Assembly (NCBI GenBank): GCA_030704615.1
Contig: CM060731.1
Coordinates: 78,182,001-78,246,000 of the forward strand
From: Takakia lepidozioides
Lineage: Eukaryota > Plantae > Bryophyta
DNA: 64,000 nucleotides
Direction: 5' to 3'
The notes below the pieces were generated by a model. That model saw only the letters and a program-made list of their open reading frames with translations. It was not told the origin of the DNA and ran no database searches. How positions within the stretch are numbered: the first letter of the stretch is position 1; every line of letters starts with the position of its first letter. The translations under genes were made by a program, and so were the position numbers. Below, piece by piece: positions 1 to 13,905 of the stretch.

Positions 1-177
1 TGGAAAGGTCTTCTTTTTGGCAAGATCCCCAGAAGCACCTAGAACAACCACAGACAGGCAACCGCCTGCGACGGTTTTTGATTGCACAGGTTCATCTGCC
101 TTGAGATTTTCACAATCCAATGCAGGGGCAACTTCCTGGCCTGCTGGGATAACTGTATCAGCCGTGGGAGGACTCAT
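1..177 (-). CDS. G6PD: Glucose-6-phosphate 1-dehydrogenase, cytosolic type; first coding exon, continues beyond the left edge of the window
   Basis: Minus-strand translation from ATG at 177 gives MSPPTADTVIP...GGCLSVVVLGASGDLAKKKTFP. GASGDLAKKK is the G6PD NADP-binding fingerprint. The short N-terminus and GCLS..LGASGDLAKKKTFP match plant cytosolic isoforms. Absent from the ORF track because it is open-ended. Confidence 0.93.
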   Translation of the reverse strand, partial: MSPPTADTVIPAGQEVAPALDCENLKADEPVQSKTVAGGCLSVVVLGASGDLAKKKTFP

Positions 178-194
178 TGCTACCAATTGACACC

Positions 195-1098
195 CTGAAA
201 ATAATAAGTACTTGCAACAAGATAACTCAGCTTTTTCTTCGCCGGTGTAGCTTCGCCAGAATTGTCCAACTGTGAGGTCAACCATAATACAAATTAGAAT
301 ATAACTTGGCAAACACAGAAGCCAGAGGAGAATTGGAGGAGCTGTTGGTTACAAGAGAGCTTGAGGCGCTGTGCTGGAAATTAACGACCTCCTTTCCAGT
401 ATGATGTCAAAGCAAGAGCATCAATGAACGCTCAATTCCGCCTAACGTGGATATCGCTGGCTGTGAGCTGGAGCTACGGTAATTTCGATGTATCTTCTGG
501 GATAATTTGCTACGGGAAGGTTAGCGTCTACACTTTCCAAAGATACTGACGCGATGCCAGACTTTCAATCAAAATAGGTCCAGCTAAAAATAAGAACACA
601 GTCATGAATCTCAGTAAAACGGGACAGGCACTGAGATATGACCATGACGAAGGTCACAAACAGTCACATATGCATATAAGCCACATCCTCCGACTCATTA
701 TCGAGCACTATTGCAAAGCTGCTCATGAGAGAAATAGGAGAGAGCAACAATATCTCACCTTATGCTGGAACAAGAAGATCACAGAGAATTCCTTCAAAAA
801 TCAGTTGGTGGAATGCTCCCCGAAGAGAAATGAAATGAAATGATGCTCTATAACGTCCGCGGGAAGCTCATAGAGAGAGAGACAAAAACTTATGACGAAA
901 GTGAGACACACGGCGACGACTAATTAGAGAATAAATAAGGAGTACAAAAATCCAGTTAAAATACCCTGATCGTATAGCTCATCGACGGGGAAGAATATGA
1001 ACTTGAATTACACAGTACGAAACAGACGCGGAGACAGTGACCAGACAAAGACAGTCTGTACACAGAACTAGAATCGCAGGAGGTTCATGCGAATTCAC
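195..1098 (-). other. Putative 5'-UTR intron of G6PD
   Basis: Acceptor TTTCAG lies 17 nt upstream of the ATG. Candidate donor AG|GTGAAT at 1098, with a CT-rich leader (GA-rich on +) at about 1100-1230. Confidence 0.45.
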
Positions 1099-4000
1099 CT
1101 GCAACTTCGCCACACTACAAGAATCTGGCTAGAGAAAGAAAGAAGACATTATCATTCACAGAGAAGATGAAGCAAAATCGAGGGAGAAGGGATAGCGGAG
1201 AGCCAAGATATAGAGCACAGCAGAGATGATGCACCTGTACACCATAGCTCGCTCCCACACACCTGTCGAGTCTGCCCGCCTTGCTTACCTTGTCTTCTCT
1301 TTTTCTTTATCTTTTTTTAAAAACAAATCTTTTTGTTTTAATAAAGAAAAGGAAACCTGGGAGCGAATGAAAATCTTATTCTCATTATTATTATTATTAT
1401 TACTCTATTGTGTCCGTAAATTGGAAACACCGTTGACCGTACTACCGTAGATAAGTTTATTTATTTATAATTAATCTTATAGATATATTTTTCTCATTTT
1501 TATATTATTGTAGGTCTCTGCGAGTACTTCTCATTTTCAAGGATTATTATTTGATCTTTAGTCACCAGTATTTATATATTTATTATTTAAAAATAAAGGT
1601 ATGTTTTACTTATTTATTTATTATTATTATTATTTTTGATACTGATAGCCCTTGATAATAGTTTGGTGAGCTTGCTCTCGCGCTGGCAGCGCGGTAGCCT
1701 TAGGGTTTGCCCGGGGGTCTTCATTTTGTTCCTCCTAATAATCCCAACTAAAGTTTTCAGCCTGGGCACCGCTCACCTTTCATTCCTTAACAAACAAATG
1801 AAACAAATAGGTACGTAATTGACCCCAGCAATGTTTTTTATAGATAATTAAAGGCCATAACAACAAAAATTTGGGAAGCAGCCCGGCCTCCTTCCTCTTG
1901 CTGGTTGACCTTCCAACGGATGGCAAATGGACGAATGGATAAAGATAGAGCAATGAATGAATGTAAATGTTGTGGGAATGGATGATGAGAATGAATGTAA
2001 ATGTCATGGGAATGGATGATGAAATGATTCCAGTGGGGGCATTAACGAATGAAATAGCGATGAATGTGTAGTAGATGAATTTGGGAATGGAGAGATCGAT
2101 CGATTACGATCTCTTGGGGATGCAATGCATTTCACGGGTGATAGTCCTCCGTCCAACTCTGCTTGACTGGATTGAGATTTAACTGAGCTTACAGGCTTGG
2201 CAGCACTGCAAATCAGCGATGCCTTAGTGTACACTATGCCCCACAAATCCCCTTCTGAAGGACGATGAGGTGGTGGAGGCGTTGCCTCCCTGAGAATCAC
2301 GACTCTCCTTTGTTGGCGACTCGCTCCTTCGAATGCCAACGGTGTCGATGAGACCTGGATGCTCTCACTGCACTAGTATGTGCAGCCATCTTCTGTGAAC
2401 TTGGAAAACGCTCGAAAACAAGGGGGAAGAAATCAGACAGAATTGCACCAGGTAGACCGAGGTCCAAGTATCTGCAGCTTATAATCCAAGGAAAATATCG
2501 TCTACCCTCGACTTGCTATTTTGTCAGGGCGAAAAGCTGTGTGCGAATATCCATAGCTGCAGCGAAAAATCCGCCAGAGATCCACCTTCCAAAACTGCCA
2601 ATTGGGCTCTCTAGTATGAGGTGTTCACCCACTCCCGTTATGAAATTCTCGATTGTGGCTGATTGATGAGTAACTCCGGCGATGAGTAGCTCTATAAATC
2701 AGCCCACTCATTGAGACCAGTCTGCCAATTTCTTCAAACGCCATCAAGATTGTATATGTAATAATATATCTAAGACACGTATAGATCTAATATCTAAAAC
2801 CTAGACTCGAGAACAACCATCCTACATGGACGACTTGTCTTAACTTTGCAAGCTCTAGCCATGCCTTACCAGACATGCGTGTACAGCGTACACCGATAAT
2901 CTATCAAAAAAATGAAGGGATGACGCCTCCTCAAGGAAGCGTACATTATGGTTTCTCCTCATGCCGAGTGACTACTACCTCTCATTGGAAGGTGGATACT
3001 TTGAACCCTAGATCACCTAGGTTCTGCCCTAGATCACCCAGGTTATGCGCAGGCTAGGCACAACCTCCCAACCGAAACCATTGGGCTACTTGCTCTTTTA
3101 TATCTACAGTAAACAAACTACAAACAGGACAACCCTACATAGAGCAATTGTGCACATGAAGACAAATCGTAAGGGTGCTCAATATACTGAAACCACGATT
3201 TCCAGACAAGCTTTTAGGGACCAGCTTCTTCATCGTGCCCTTCTTCATGATCTCCGAGTCTAGACTGGTCCAACTAAGAGACAGATTCTCGACTGGCTTA
3301 CTTGGAATTTAAGAAACCCTAAGACGTTCTTCTGGAGATATTTTGAACCACGGTGACTGTTGAATTTATAAGGTCAGGCAACTATCTAGAGCACGAATTC
3401 ACGTCATGAACAATGTCGATGACAGTCACACTCCCGTCACACTCTGCAACTCTTGGTTTTTACTCCAAGGAGAGCAATCAGATTAACGCATACACCCAGG
3501 AGACGCCCAGGAATGAACGAATTGCAACGAGTGCCACGAACGAAGCCATCACGACCATTCTCAGGCATGCATGGTAGGTGTGTGGGGTATATGATTGCAG
3601 CTGATCAACCTTGGGTGTAATTGATGAGCGGGTGAGCGAGGAAAGTATCAAACATCTGGGGGGCGGATCGAGGCAAAAGTGCCTGTCATGTCCATGTGTA
3701 ACGTATTTTTCATATACGAAATTATTCTATTTTGTTATTAAAAGAACACACTTCTCAGTACTATGATCTAATGAAATCCATCTGCATATTCAGAGTTTAC
3801 TGTTTCGTAGCATCCACTTGCCATAGGAGTTTGAGTAGTACGAGGCTGCCATGCATGTTGGGCTGATTTGTTTGGGAACAAGCATGTGCAAGATATGGTG
3901 CCGATTTGAGGTAGCAGATCAAGAAGATGAAAGTTAAGCCAAAGTTCTCTCTTAGTCTAAGTACTTCTGCGAATATTGCAGAAAGGCATGCCAGATTTCT

Positions 4001-5389
4001 ACCCCCTTAACCTTCCCTTCCTTGTCTCTATACCTTAGTATCTGGGTGCGTGACGTTAATCTCAAGATTAGACTACATAAAGTTACGACCATTTGAGCGT
4101 AAGCTAAGAACATGCTTTTCTCTACAGCATAATAGCATGAAAATTCTGGACTGCATGTGTAGACCTTAGACCTCAAATCCCTTGACTGAAAGATTGACTT
4201 GTTCGGATGCTTCATGAGGCGTAGTAATTCAACTGTTCAAACATCAGTTGGGGAAAGTCTGACGGTCAAAAAAGGAGAGACGATTGGAGCTTCTCGCAGT
4301 CGACGTGCTACCTCCTTGCAGTTGATCTGCTACCTCAAATCAGCAAGTGTCATATCTTGTGCCTGCACTCCCCGAACAAATCATCCAACATGGCAGCCTT
4401 GTCCTGACTCCTCAGTTTCCAAACTATCGATTGAAGAATCCTCCTACATCCCTCACAGAAGTCAGGATATACATTTTACCATGGGAAACCTTCACCCAGC
4501 GCGGGTCAACAAATCATCGCCAACGAAATTGAAATAAACAGTTCTAAAGCCTTTCTATGAAGCCTCTATTCCCATGAGCTAGATGTAGTTTGGTTTCTGC
4601 AGTTCCATGCAACGTGATACTAGTGCTTGATTGAGTGCAGCTTACTCTCCAGAAGCGTGCTTGGTGGTGAAGTCGAGAATCCTTCTTGAGCAAGTGGACA
4701 TGTATATATGAGTCTGCAGGCCTGTGTGAGAACCTAACCTGACTAATTAAGCAAGCTACTCATGCATGCTGTGGATAGCCCCCAGCGACCATTTGCTAAT
4801 CCTGTGATTCAGGCCTTAGGGCGATAAGTGCTACGGATGTTTCTGGGCAGCTTGACATTGAACAAGTGGTATTTTGAAATATATGTACAACTGGTATGGA
4901 TCTGATATTTCATACCATTTTTGGTTGGCATGTTCCTGGTTGTGTGTGTGTGTACAACACTGCAAGTGCACCCACAATGTGCAGTTAAATACTGCAAATG
5001 AGAAGGGTTGTGTAGCAACACTAGGTAGCGCAGTTGCAGACAGTGCATTCGCGGCCTCCTTCCACGCTCTTTCCCGATTGATCTAAGTATCACCTGAGCA
5101 GATTTGAGGTTGAGGCTACCGATAGCATTGTCGTCACCACCCGAGGACGGACTGTTTCTGCATTACCGGCCGCGATCCATGCTTGCTGTATTCTTTTGGA
5201 TGGGCACCGTCAAAAGCATGGAATTAGGCCGCAGTGACCTGGGATCACTACTACAGAATGGAGATTTTCCCGTACAACTCCCTCGATTTTCCCTCGCGTT
5301 TGCCACATTCTGGCTGTTTGTTGGAAATGACAATTTATCCATTTATGAGGCAAAGTGGTAAGAAATACAGGAAGCGGAACCGCTTGTTG

Positions 5390-5684
5390 CAAAGGTCTGC
5401 AAATGTCAAAAGGGCCTTCCTTGCATGCATGGATACCCACAGCTTGTGGATACGTCATACGAGGCGGATGCACGGGTTCAAGACCCAGCGTATGGATATG
5501 TGGGTCGAACCACCTCACTTCTGCAAAGACAAGTTGCTCAGGTGGAAACAGAACTAGCGACAGCACACTCAGATTTGGCGAGATACGCAAGGGCTGGGAT
5601 GGTTGTGGGTCCATCAGGAGGGCAGGCCGGGTCGTCGTCTCAAAATCTAGATCGTGACCAAGCGTCAGCTTGCTACACTGAAGG
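5390..5684 (+). pseudogene. LOB-domain (LBD/AS2-like) transcription factor remnant, interrupted by an LTR retrotransposon
   Basis: QRSANVKRAFLA (cf. QKFANVHKVFGA), then in another frame YEADARVQDPAYGYVG...LLQRQVAQVETELATAHSDLARY (LOB DPVYGC block plus leucine zipper). No intact CX2CX6CX3C block; frameshifted. Confidence 0.8.
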
Positions 5685-6395
5685 TGTAAAAGATCTGACT
5701 CTCTTTTCTTTGTCCAACTATGACAAAATTTCAGGCGCTTTGCTTGGTTTGCTGTTCACAGGGAATTTACCAAAACTCCAAGGAAAACTGATTGCTCGGG
5801 ATTTTGTTTCAACCGGACTCTCATCTATATCTGAATTCCAGCCAAGGCCCTATTCTTATTCCACTTCCCTCATTTACAAATTCACATATCGATCAAGTGA
5901 TCGTCACTCCTACTCTGGCCTGATTCCTTGTTCAAAAGATCTCCCTGTCAACCTATGTACTCATCTCATGCCATTCTATCTATGCACAGTACTGGACTAC
6001 GATGTCCAGTCCGCCCCTCCACCACACCGTGCATCAACACATTCTATCACCAAAGACCAGTGCAGATCGATCCTTTTTCTTCTTCTCACGACCTCTTTTT
6101 CTGCTCACCAAAAAGCACAGCACCGGCTACGTCCGGTCCACCCAGCCACCACGCCATGCTACACTAGTTTCCTGTCAATACAGATCTGCTCTAGATGCCT
6201 GTACACCATCATTCTTTTCTTGTCTGCACGCTTGCCATCTCCAAGCCCACTTTCTTAAATCCCTAATCGTGGATCTGTTCGTGAATGCGAGCCTGCTCCA
6301 TTCGACCTGCAACTGTCAGTTCGGCGGTCTTCTAGCAGTCACTTGCTTCGCCAAACTGGTCGACAGGTCTCGATCTTTGTTCAAGGCACCTAACA
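5685..6395 (-). repeat. 3' LTR of gypsy element 1
   Basis: TGTAAAAG...CTAACA; direct repeat of 11116-11826 with about 11 substitutions by eye. PPT (GGGAGGGGGAG on -) adjoins at 6396-6410. Confidence 0.96.
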
Positions 6396-9300
6396 AACTC
6401 CCCCTCCCAAAGACAGGTCATTGTCCTCAATGACAGAAAATGAGGGGTAATTCAATGTCAATTCATTTTCCTTCTCCCAAGTAGCTTCTGTCTCTGGGTA
6501 ATGCAACCACTTAATCAAATGTTCTTTCCAAGAACGGTTGCACAGGTGCTTTACTCGCGTTTCTAGAATCTTTTCGGGTTCAGCCATCAGCTGACCATCA
6601 TTCATGGCTTGAGGCAACGTCGACAAGATGTGTGATGAGTCCGACATATACCTCCGAAGAAGACTGACATGGAAAGTTTTATGGATCTTCCATGTTGGAG
6701 GCAGATCCAACTCATAGGCCACTGTGCTATGGCGTTCCAGGATTTTAAACGGACCACAAAATCTTGGTGACAACTTATAACACTTGCCTAGTGTTAGGTT
6801 GCTTCTTTTAGGTGTAACTTTCAAAAACACCATATCACCAATGGCAAATTCACGAAAAGTCCTACGCTTATCAGTAAAGAACTTGGCCCGTTCTTGTGCA
6901 GCCTGCATAGCACGCTTCACCAGATCTAGGACAGAGTGGATCTCTTTGATTCTATCATTCACGCTTTGCACATTTGATGGTGGTGTGATAAGCGAAGCAG
7001 GAGCTAAGCAATCTCGTCCATATAAAGCTTCAAATGGGCTCATGCCAATGGCACTGTGGAAATGCTTGTTATAAGCAAATTCCACCATATACAAATATTG
7101 TTCCCAAGAGGACTGTCTTTCACCAACGTACATTCTCAACATATCTTCAATTGTACGGTTGGTCCTTTCTGTTTGGGCATCTATTTCTGGGTGAAAGGCC
7201 GTACTCAATTTCACCTTGGTTCCCAATTTCTTAAACAAGTCAATCCAAAAATGACTTGTGAACTTTGAGTCCTTGTCACAAATAATCTCCCGAGGCAGAC
7301 CATGGATCCTGAATATCTCTTTCATGTACAAGGATGCAACATCAGATGCCGTAGCACTCATCCTTGTAGGTATCAAGTGGGCTATCTTAGACAGCCTATC
7401 TACAACCACCATGATACTGTCATGGCCACTTCTGGTCCTGGGCAATGCCACAATAAAATCCATACTAATGGACTCCCAATTCCATCCAGGAACAGATAAT
7501 GGTTGTAATAATCCAGGAGGTCTGACTCTCTCTGACTTCGAAACCTGACATGGGAAACATTTCTGCACATATTCTTTAATTTCTCTCTTCATACCCGGCC
7601 AAAAATAGTGCTTCCGTATTGACCAATAGGTTCTCTGAAAGCCCGGGTGTCCAGAGATTGGAATATTGTGACTGTCATGAATAATGCGCAATCTCAAGTC
7701 TGGAATCAGGGGAACACAAAGCCGACCATTATAAAATAACACCCCATCTCTCAAGAGGTATGGCCGGTACTTCTCTTTCTCAATAGAAGTTCTCTGATCA
7801 CAAGACAAACTTTTTAATGGCTCTTTGAAGAATTCATCGACCTCATACTGACCTTTAATGTCTTGAAATATAGTGCTACTGACGCATGAGACAACATTAA
7901 CGTGTAATGGTCTCCTAGAAAGTGCATCAGCAATCACATTTTCTCTCCCTTTGACATACTTTAGGTCATAATGGAACTGCTGAAGCAGTTCTGACCACCT
8001 GATCTGCCTCTGACTCAAATGAGGTTGCGTGGTCAAATATTTTAAACTCTGATGGTCAGTCTCTATCACAAAATCAACTGGAAGCAGGTAATGCCTCCAT
8101 ATCTTCAGAGCATGAACTATTGCCAATAGTTCCTTTTCATGAGTGGGATAATTCTTTTCTGCTGGACTGATCTTTCGAGATTCATAGGCAATCACTTGCC
8201 CATCTTGCATCAGCACAGCTCCAATAGCAAGATCACTTGCATCAGTACACAGTACTATTGCTTCCTTCGTAGGATCGAGCAATTTCAGTACAGGAGCATG
8301 TGTTAAGGCATACTTCAACTTCTCGAAACTGTTATCACAATCTCTTGTCCAAACATCCTTCAAGCTTACAGGACTCGAGTCCTTAAGCAGGTCAGTCAAT
8401 GGGGTTGCAATCTGTGAAAAAGATTTAACAAACTTCCGTAGGAAGCTAGCAAACCCAATAAAGCTCCTGACCTCAGTCTTATCACTTGGTTTAGGCCATT
8501 CAACCACTGTCTGGACTTTCTTAGGATCAATTGAAATTCCATCTTTGGAAATACAAAATCCCAAGTAATCCATGTGGTCTACAAAGAACTCACACTTGCT
8601 TCTCTTAGCAAACAGGTGGTTCTCTCTTAGTATGTCTAAAACCAAGCGTAAATGCAGTTCATGTTCTTCCTCAGACTTCGAGTATATTAGTATATCATCC
8701 ATGTAGACTAAAACCATCTTCCCCAAATATTTCTGGAACAGAGAGTTCATCAGATAAGTAAATGTTGCTGGAGCATTTGTGAGCCCAAATGGCATCACCA
8801 AGAATTCATAATGACCAAAACGAGATCGAAATCCTGTCTTTGGTATATCAGAATTCTTAATCCGTATTTGATGATATCCAGACCGAAGATCAAGTTTTGA
8901 AAAAACTTGACTCCCATATAGATAGTCAAACAAATCGTCCACACGAGGTAAAAGGAACTTATTCTTGATGGTGACCTTATTCAACCATCTATAGTCCACA
9001 CACAGTCTCAAAGTTCCGTCTTTCTTCTTCTTAAACATTACAGGGGCACCCCAAGGGGATTTACTTGGACGTATATACCCCTTTTCCAACAAGTCATTCA
9101 ACTGCCTTTCTAATTCTTCATTTTCTGCAATTGAATGCCTGTACGGTGCCCTTGCAACCGGTACAGCATCTGACATCAACTCCATTGCATGATCAACCTC
9201 CCGTTCAGGGAGCATCCCAGGGAGCTCATCAGGAAATATATCTTTATATTCATTCAGGACCAGGCTAAGTCTGGGATGTGACTTCCCTTCTCCCTGATTT

Positions 9301-11036
9301 GTTTCCAAGATCTCATGCAAGCTAACAGCAAAAAGCTGAGCATTTCCCTTCCGGATACATCTCTTCATTTGAATAGCTGACAAAATAGGTATATTGGGAA
9401 GAGCTCTAATACCTTTGATATTGAATCCCTTCCCGTTGGGCAAGGTACCACTAACCAGTCCGGATTTGCAAGCCACCACAGCATCAACCGGATCCAGCCA
9501 CCGCATGCCAAGGATGCAGTCGTACCGAGCTCCCTCCCAGACCTCGAAGTCAGCCATAGTCCGTACTCCTTGCATGTCCATTGGTACCTTTGGGATGTGT
9601 TTGTGCGTAGAATCCACGCCACCATCTGGTAACAAGATTTGACAGGGTTGCATGTCTTCTTGAACTAGTCCCAATTTGTCAGCAAAATCCTTTGACAACA
9701 GGTTGTGAGTGCTGCCAGTATCAATCAGCACTTGAGTGGGAATTCCAGCCACTCTCCCATGAACCCGTATCACACTGGGGTCATGCTCTATTTGGTCTCT
9801 AATGATAGCTGCAGAAACCCGCACATTAGGACCTTTCCCATTTTCTTGTCCTGATTTCTCTCCAGTTTCAACAACCACATAAGGTTCTGTAGGTCCTTCA
9901 ACTGTTAAGGCGGCTGTCTGTCGAGCCTGACGAGAATTTGGGTACTTCATACACTCAGCAGCTCTGTGTCCAGGTTCATGGCACAAGAAACACAAACCCT
10001 TACGCCTGTGTTCTTCCTGTTCTTTGAAACTGAGCCTTGGGGGAGCCCTCATTGGCGGTCTCCGTATAGTTTGATCCCCCGCCTTCTTAAACGGTTTAAA
10101 TCTCTTCCAATTCCCTCTCTTCGCTGGTGACTGCCAAGGACCAGATGATCTAGGCTTGAACTCGGCCGTGCCACGGGCAAAGTTCGAAGAACGTTGTGCC
10201 CTTACTTCATTCTCAAAATTGCAGGCCAAACGATATGCTTCTGCCTCTGTACGAGGGTTGTGGGCTTTGACCTTAAATTTGAGAGAATCACTGAGGCCAT
10301 CGACAAAAAAATCAACTATGTCCTCTTCACTCAACGAGGGGAAATAACTGGCATGGGTTTCAAATCTCGTCTTAAACTCTCCCACGTTCATAGTCTCCTG
10401 TCTCAGTCTGAACAATTCAACTTTCATCTTGTGTGCATAGTCGCCAGGTAGGTAATGGGCTAAGAACAGTGTCTTAAACATAGCCCAACTATCCACAGAT
10501 GGTTTCTTGTGTTCACGGCGTTCCTGCTTCTGACGCGACCACCATAGCTTGGCGGCATCACGGAGCTATAGAGCAGCTGTCTGTATCTTGGCTTCCTCTG
10601 AATAATCGTCCTCAAAGAACTCTTCTAAGGTATCCAAGAAAGACAATATTTCTTCAGGCTTGACAGATGGCTTACCATAGAATTCTGGCAACTTCACCAA
10701 TCTTCTGATCTCCCTGGTGACATCCTTGCTTCTTTTCATCTTGGCCTCATGGGAGTCAGCCTCTGATTCGTCCTCATTCAGTGGCTCACTCACAGGCAGC
10801 TCCCTAGATCGCTTGTCAGTTTGAGTTTGTGCAGGGGCCAACTTCTGTATCTCAGATCGAATCAAAGTACCTAAGGCCTCCATTTGCTGCTGGGAAAATA
10901 ACTGACTTCCATGTTCGCGATCTGAAGCTCGGTGCAGACTGGCCGCATCTGAGCGCTCACGATCTCCAGCCATTTCACTATCTTGATCGTCGTCACCAGG
11001 TTGCGTGCTCACAGAGCCGAACGAGATCTGGCTCAT
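6390..11036 (-). CDS. Gag-Pol polyprotein with one in-frame TAG at 10566-10568
   Basis: ORFs 10566-11036 and 6390-10496 share a frame ([12 protein letters not shown]). Motifs: [14 protein letters not shown] zinc knuckle, LIDTGS protease, YMDD RT, TDAS RNase H, HHCC/ISMDF integrase, C-terminal EPEKIL...W...EATWE chromodomain. Confidence 0.95.
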
Positions 11037-11101
11037 TCACACGATTACCCTACTTCTGGAAATTGCGAAATCCACAATCCGTTCTACCCGATCGCAAACC
11101 A

Positions 11102-11113
11102 GCTCTGATACCA
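11102..11113 (-). promoter_or_regulatory. Primer-binding site (tRNA-iMet) of gypsy element 1
   Basis: TGGTATCAGAGC on - strand, 2 nt inside the 5' LTR boundary. Confidence 0.92.
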
Positions 11114-11115
11114 CT

Positions 11116-11826
11116 TGTAAAAGATCTGACTCTCTTTTCTTTGTCCAACTATGACAAAATTTCAGGCGCTTTGCTTGGTTTGTTGTTCACAGGGAATTTA
11201 CCAAAACTCCAAGAAAAACTGATTGCTCGGGATTTTGTTTCAACCGGACTCTCATCTATATCTGAATTCCAGCCAAGGCCCTATTCTTATTCCACTTCCC
11301 TCATTTACAAATTCACATAACGATCAAGTGATCGTCACTCCTACTCTGGCCTGATTCCTTGTTCAAAAGATCTCCCTGTCAACCTATGTACTCATCTCAT
11401 GCCATTCTATCTATGCACAGTATTGGACTACGATGTCCAGTCCGCCCCTCCACCACACCGTGCATCAACACATTCTATCACCAAAGACCAGTGCAGATCG
11501 ATCATTTTTCTTCTTCTCACGACCTCTTTTTCTGTTCACCAAAAAGCACAGCACCGGCTACGTCCGGTCCACCCAGCCACCACGTCATGCTACACTAGTT
11601 TCCTGTCAATACAGATCTGCTCTAGATGCCTGTACACCATCATTCTTTTCTTGTCTGCACGCTTGCCATCTCCAAGCCGACTTTCTTAAATCCTTAATCG
11701 TGGATCTGTTCGTGAACGCGAGCCTGCTCCATTCGACTTGCAACTGTCAGTTCGGCGGTCTTCTAGCAGTCACTTGCTTCGCCAAACTGGTCGACAGGTC
11801 TCGATCTTTGTTCAAGGCACCTAACA
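11116..11826 (-). repeat. 5' LTR of gypsy element 1
   Basis: Direct repeat of 5685-6395, next to the PBS. Confidence 0.96.
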
Positions 11827-12758
11827 GAAGGCAATGTGATGCTGCTGCTGGTCGTTTTACTTAACCTACAGATGGTGAATGGTATGCAGGACGTTGAATA
11901 TCCGGAAATGTGAGGTGGTGGATGCACCTGTCTCAGATGGAGACAGGGTAAAACCTAGCATGAGCATCCATGGAAGAGCATGGCACTGCCAAGCTGTGAG
12001 TGCACCACCGTTTCTTGCTTTTTATCGCTTGTTTTACGGCCCCTTCATCTCTCACATATTTCATTGTTTGTCTTCTATTGTCTTCTCCCTCCAACCGCAC
12101 GGTAGACTTTCAACATCGAGATGTCAGCTAATTAATAGTCTGACTTTCAGCAGCTGCTGATGGATGGGACATTGTTCTCTTCCCACAGTGGAGGGTAGCT
12201 GCCAAGCTTGCATATCACATGTGCAACACACTGTGCACTGCCATGGGAGGGGGTACAATAGCATAGAGTAGTGCTCATAAATGACGAAGACGTGACACTT
12301 CATACCAAGAAAGGAGGAAGGAGGCCAACTCTGATACCAGGGATCACCTGCTTGCATCGCCTGCACCAGCTGACTGCATCATGCTCCCAACAGTCAGCCC
12401 AGGCTCCATTGGCTCAGTGCAGCTTCCCTCTAACTCTTAACCTTACACACCAATTACACCTGCTGTTTATGACCTCCGTGAAGAGCAAGAGTGTCCGACT
12501 CGCCTGTGCCTGTGTATCCAGCTTCCACGATGCCAGGTTTCTATGTACATACCACAAAACAAAAGGCTAGCACAGAATTAGGTTCAAGTACCAGAATAGC
12601 AAAAGCAAGAGCGAGGGTTTTGATAATAAAGACATGATACCAACAATAGTCAGGCTCATGGGTATAGATTCTCAGAGGCCCAAGGCTCTGTCTTTCTCCT
12701 TTCCCCAGAATCACAAGAACACAGTTAGCTTGTCACCGGAACGACCTCGAGCGGCAAT

Positions 12759-13217
12759 ATGAAGGAGGAGATCTGGAGCAGGCTCCCTTTCGAGTTAGTG
12801 ATGGTAGTGTTGGCCTGGTTGCCGTATCGAAGTCTTGCCCGCTTTAAGTCGGTGTGCAAGTTGTGGAACTCCCTCCCATCCACTGCTTGTTTCCAACAAC
12901 TCTGTTAGCACCTCCCTCTTCACCAAGACTCCTATATCCTCTTGTTTTTAGGCAGATATTGTACGTTGTATGCACCCACAACTCGAGAGTGGCGCAGGAT
13001 CGGCCTCAAATTCCCCCAGGATAATTTGCTATACAGAGTTCGTGCTGCAGATGAAGGCTTATTTTGCATAACGAAGGAGGGCGACGATGACATATCATGC
13101 ATTGTGTGCAATCCTCTCTTGAGCAGTTCCAGAAACCAGCACGTTTCGGAGTGCAGACAGTAAATATGATTGTGGATAGATGCAGCAACACCTACAAGGT
13201 CCTTGTCATGTCTGGCA
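12759..13217 (+). pseudogene. F-box (F-box/beta-propeller type) pseudogene
   Basis: MKEEIWSRLPFELVMVVLAWLPYRSLARFKSVCKLWNSL is a canonical F-box. TAG at 12906, then AADEGLFC...IVCNPL, a frameshift, and YKVLV. Cut at 13218 by a transposon-like end. Confidence 0.88.
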
Positions 13218-13460
13218 CAGTGTTGGGCGGGTATATGAATTACCCTCATATACCCGCCGGGTATATCGGGTATATTGATATATATATACCTGGTGTGGTG
13301 TGGCAAGTTTAGGTACCCGGATGCATACCCATATATCAGGGTATATTTTTATGATATACCCTTATCCTTATATTTACCTGCATCAAGACGCTCAGTATAC
13401 CCTACTTTCCTGAAGGGTATATGTTAAAATGAAGGGTATATCTAATCAGGGTATATAAGG
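13218..13460 (+). mobile_element. hAT-like DNA transposon terminus with GGGTA/TACCC subterminal repeats
   Basis: Begins CAGTGTTGGGCGGGTAT with many GGGTAT/ATACCC motifs. A related start occurs at 50290. No partner TIR found. Confidence 0.5.
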
Positions 13461-13684
13461 GCCTTTATGTGCCTTCATAGCCTTTATGTGCTAGGTCTTT
13501 TCTCTTTTTGTTGTGTTGTTAGTGAGCCTTGAGCTATAAGAAAGCTCCAATCACAGCTAAAAAAAAAGGTTACATATATATCATTCCTTAAATGTCATAT
13601 AACCCAAACAATACCTCCTCAGATCTCGCATATATATATATTAAAAAAGAAACCTGACAGCCCACAATTTAGGTCCTTGAGGGG

Positions 13685-13905
13685 TTTTTATTTATTTATT
13701 TATTTAAGGAAATCTGGGAGCGACAGCCCACAATTCAGGCCCTTGAGGAGGGGGGAAAGATTAACCCCCTTCATTTATGGGTACAGGGCGATCAACGCCC
13801 AAACATACCGTCACGAACAATCCCACACACGGGCAGGGCAGCGGGTTCGAACCCCGAACCACCTGAGTGACACACACTGTGCACTTACCAGCTGAGCTAC
13901 CACCC
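13685..13905 (-). mobile_element. tRNA-derived SINE
   Basis: A box TAGCTCAGCTGG, B box GGTTCGAACCC, unique body and (AAAT)n tail. A second truncated copy of its 3' end sits at about 13643-13684. Confidence 0.85.

Larger units (their letters stand above)
5685..11826 (-). mobile_element. Full-length Ty3/gypsy chromovirus LTR retrotransposon (Tekay/Reina-like chromodomain)
   Basis: Two 711-bp TG...CA LTRs, target duplication GAAGG (5680-5684, 11827-11831), tRNA-iMet PBS, PPT, and gag-PR-RT-RH-IN-chromodomain order. Confidence 0.97.

Noticed and set aside
2004-2339. 111-aa ORF and a possible miR390/TAS3-like site
   Set aside because: No recognisable domain, and the resemblance to the miR390 target is too poor.
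5425-6258. 277-aa ORF as a complete LBD protein
   Set aside because: Only the first 87 codons are host-derived; the rest is antisense LTR read-through.
13830-13905. Genuine tRNA gene
   Set aside because: A and B boxes are present but there is no proper cloverleaf, and it continues into a SINE body and tail.
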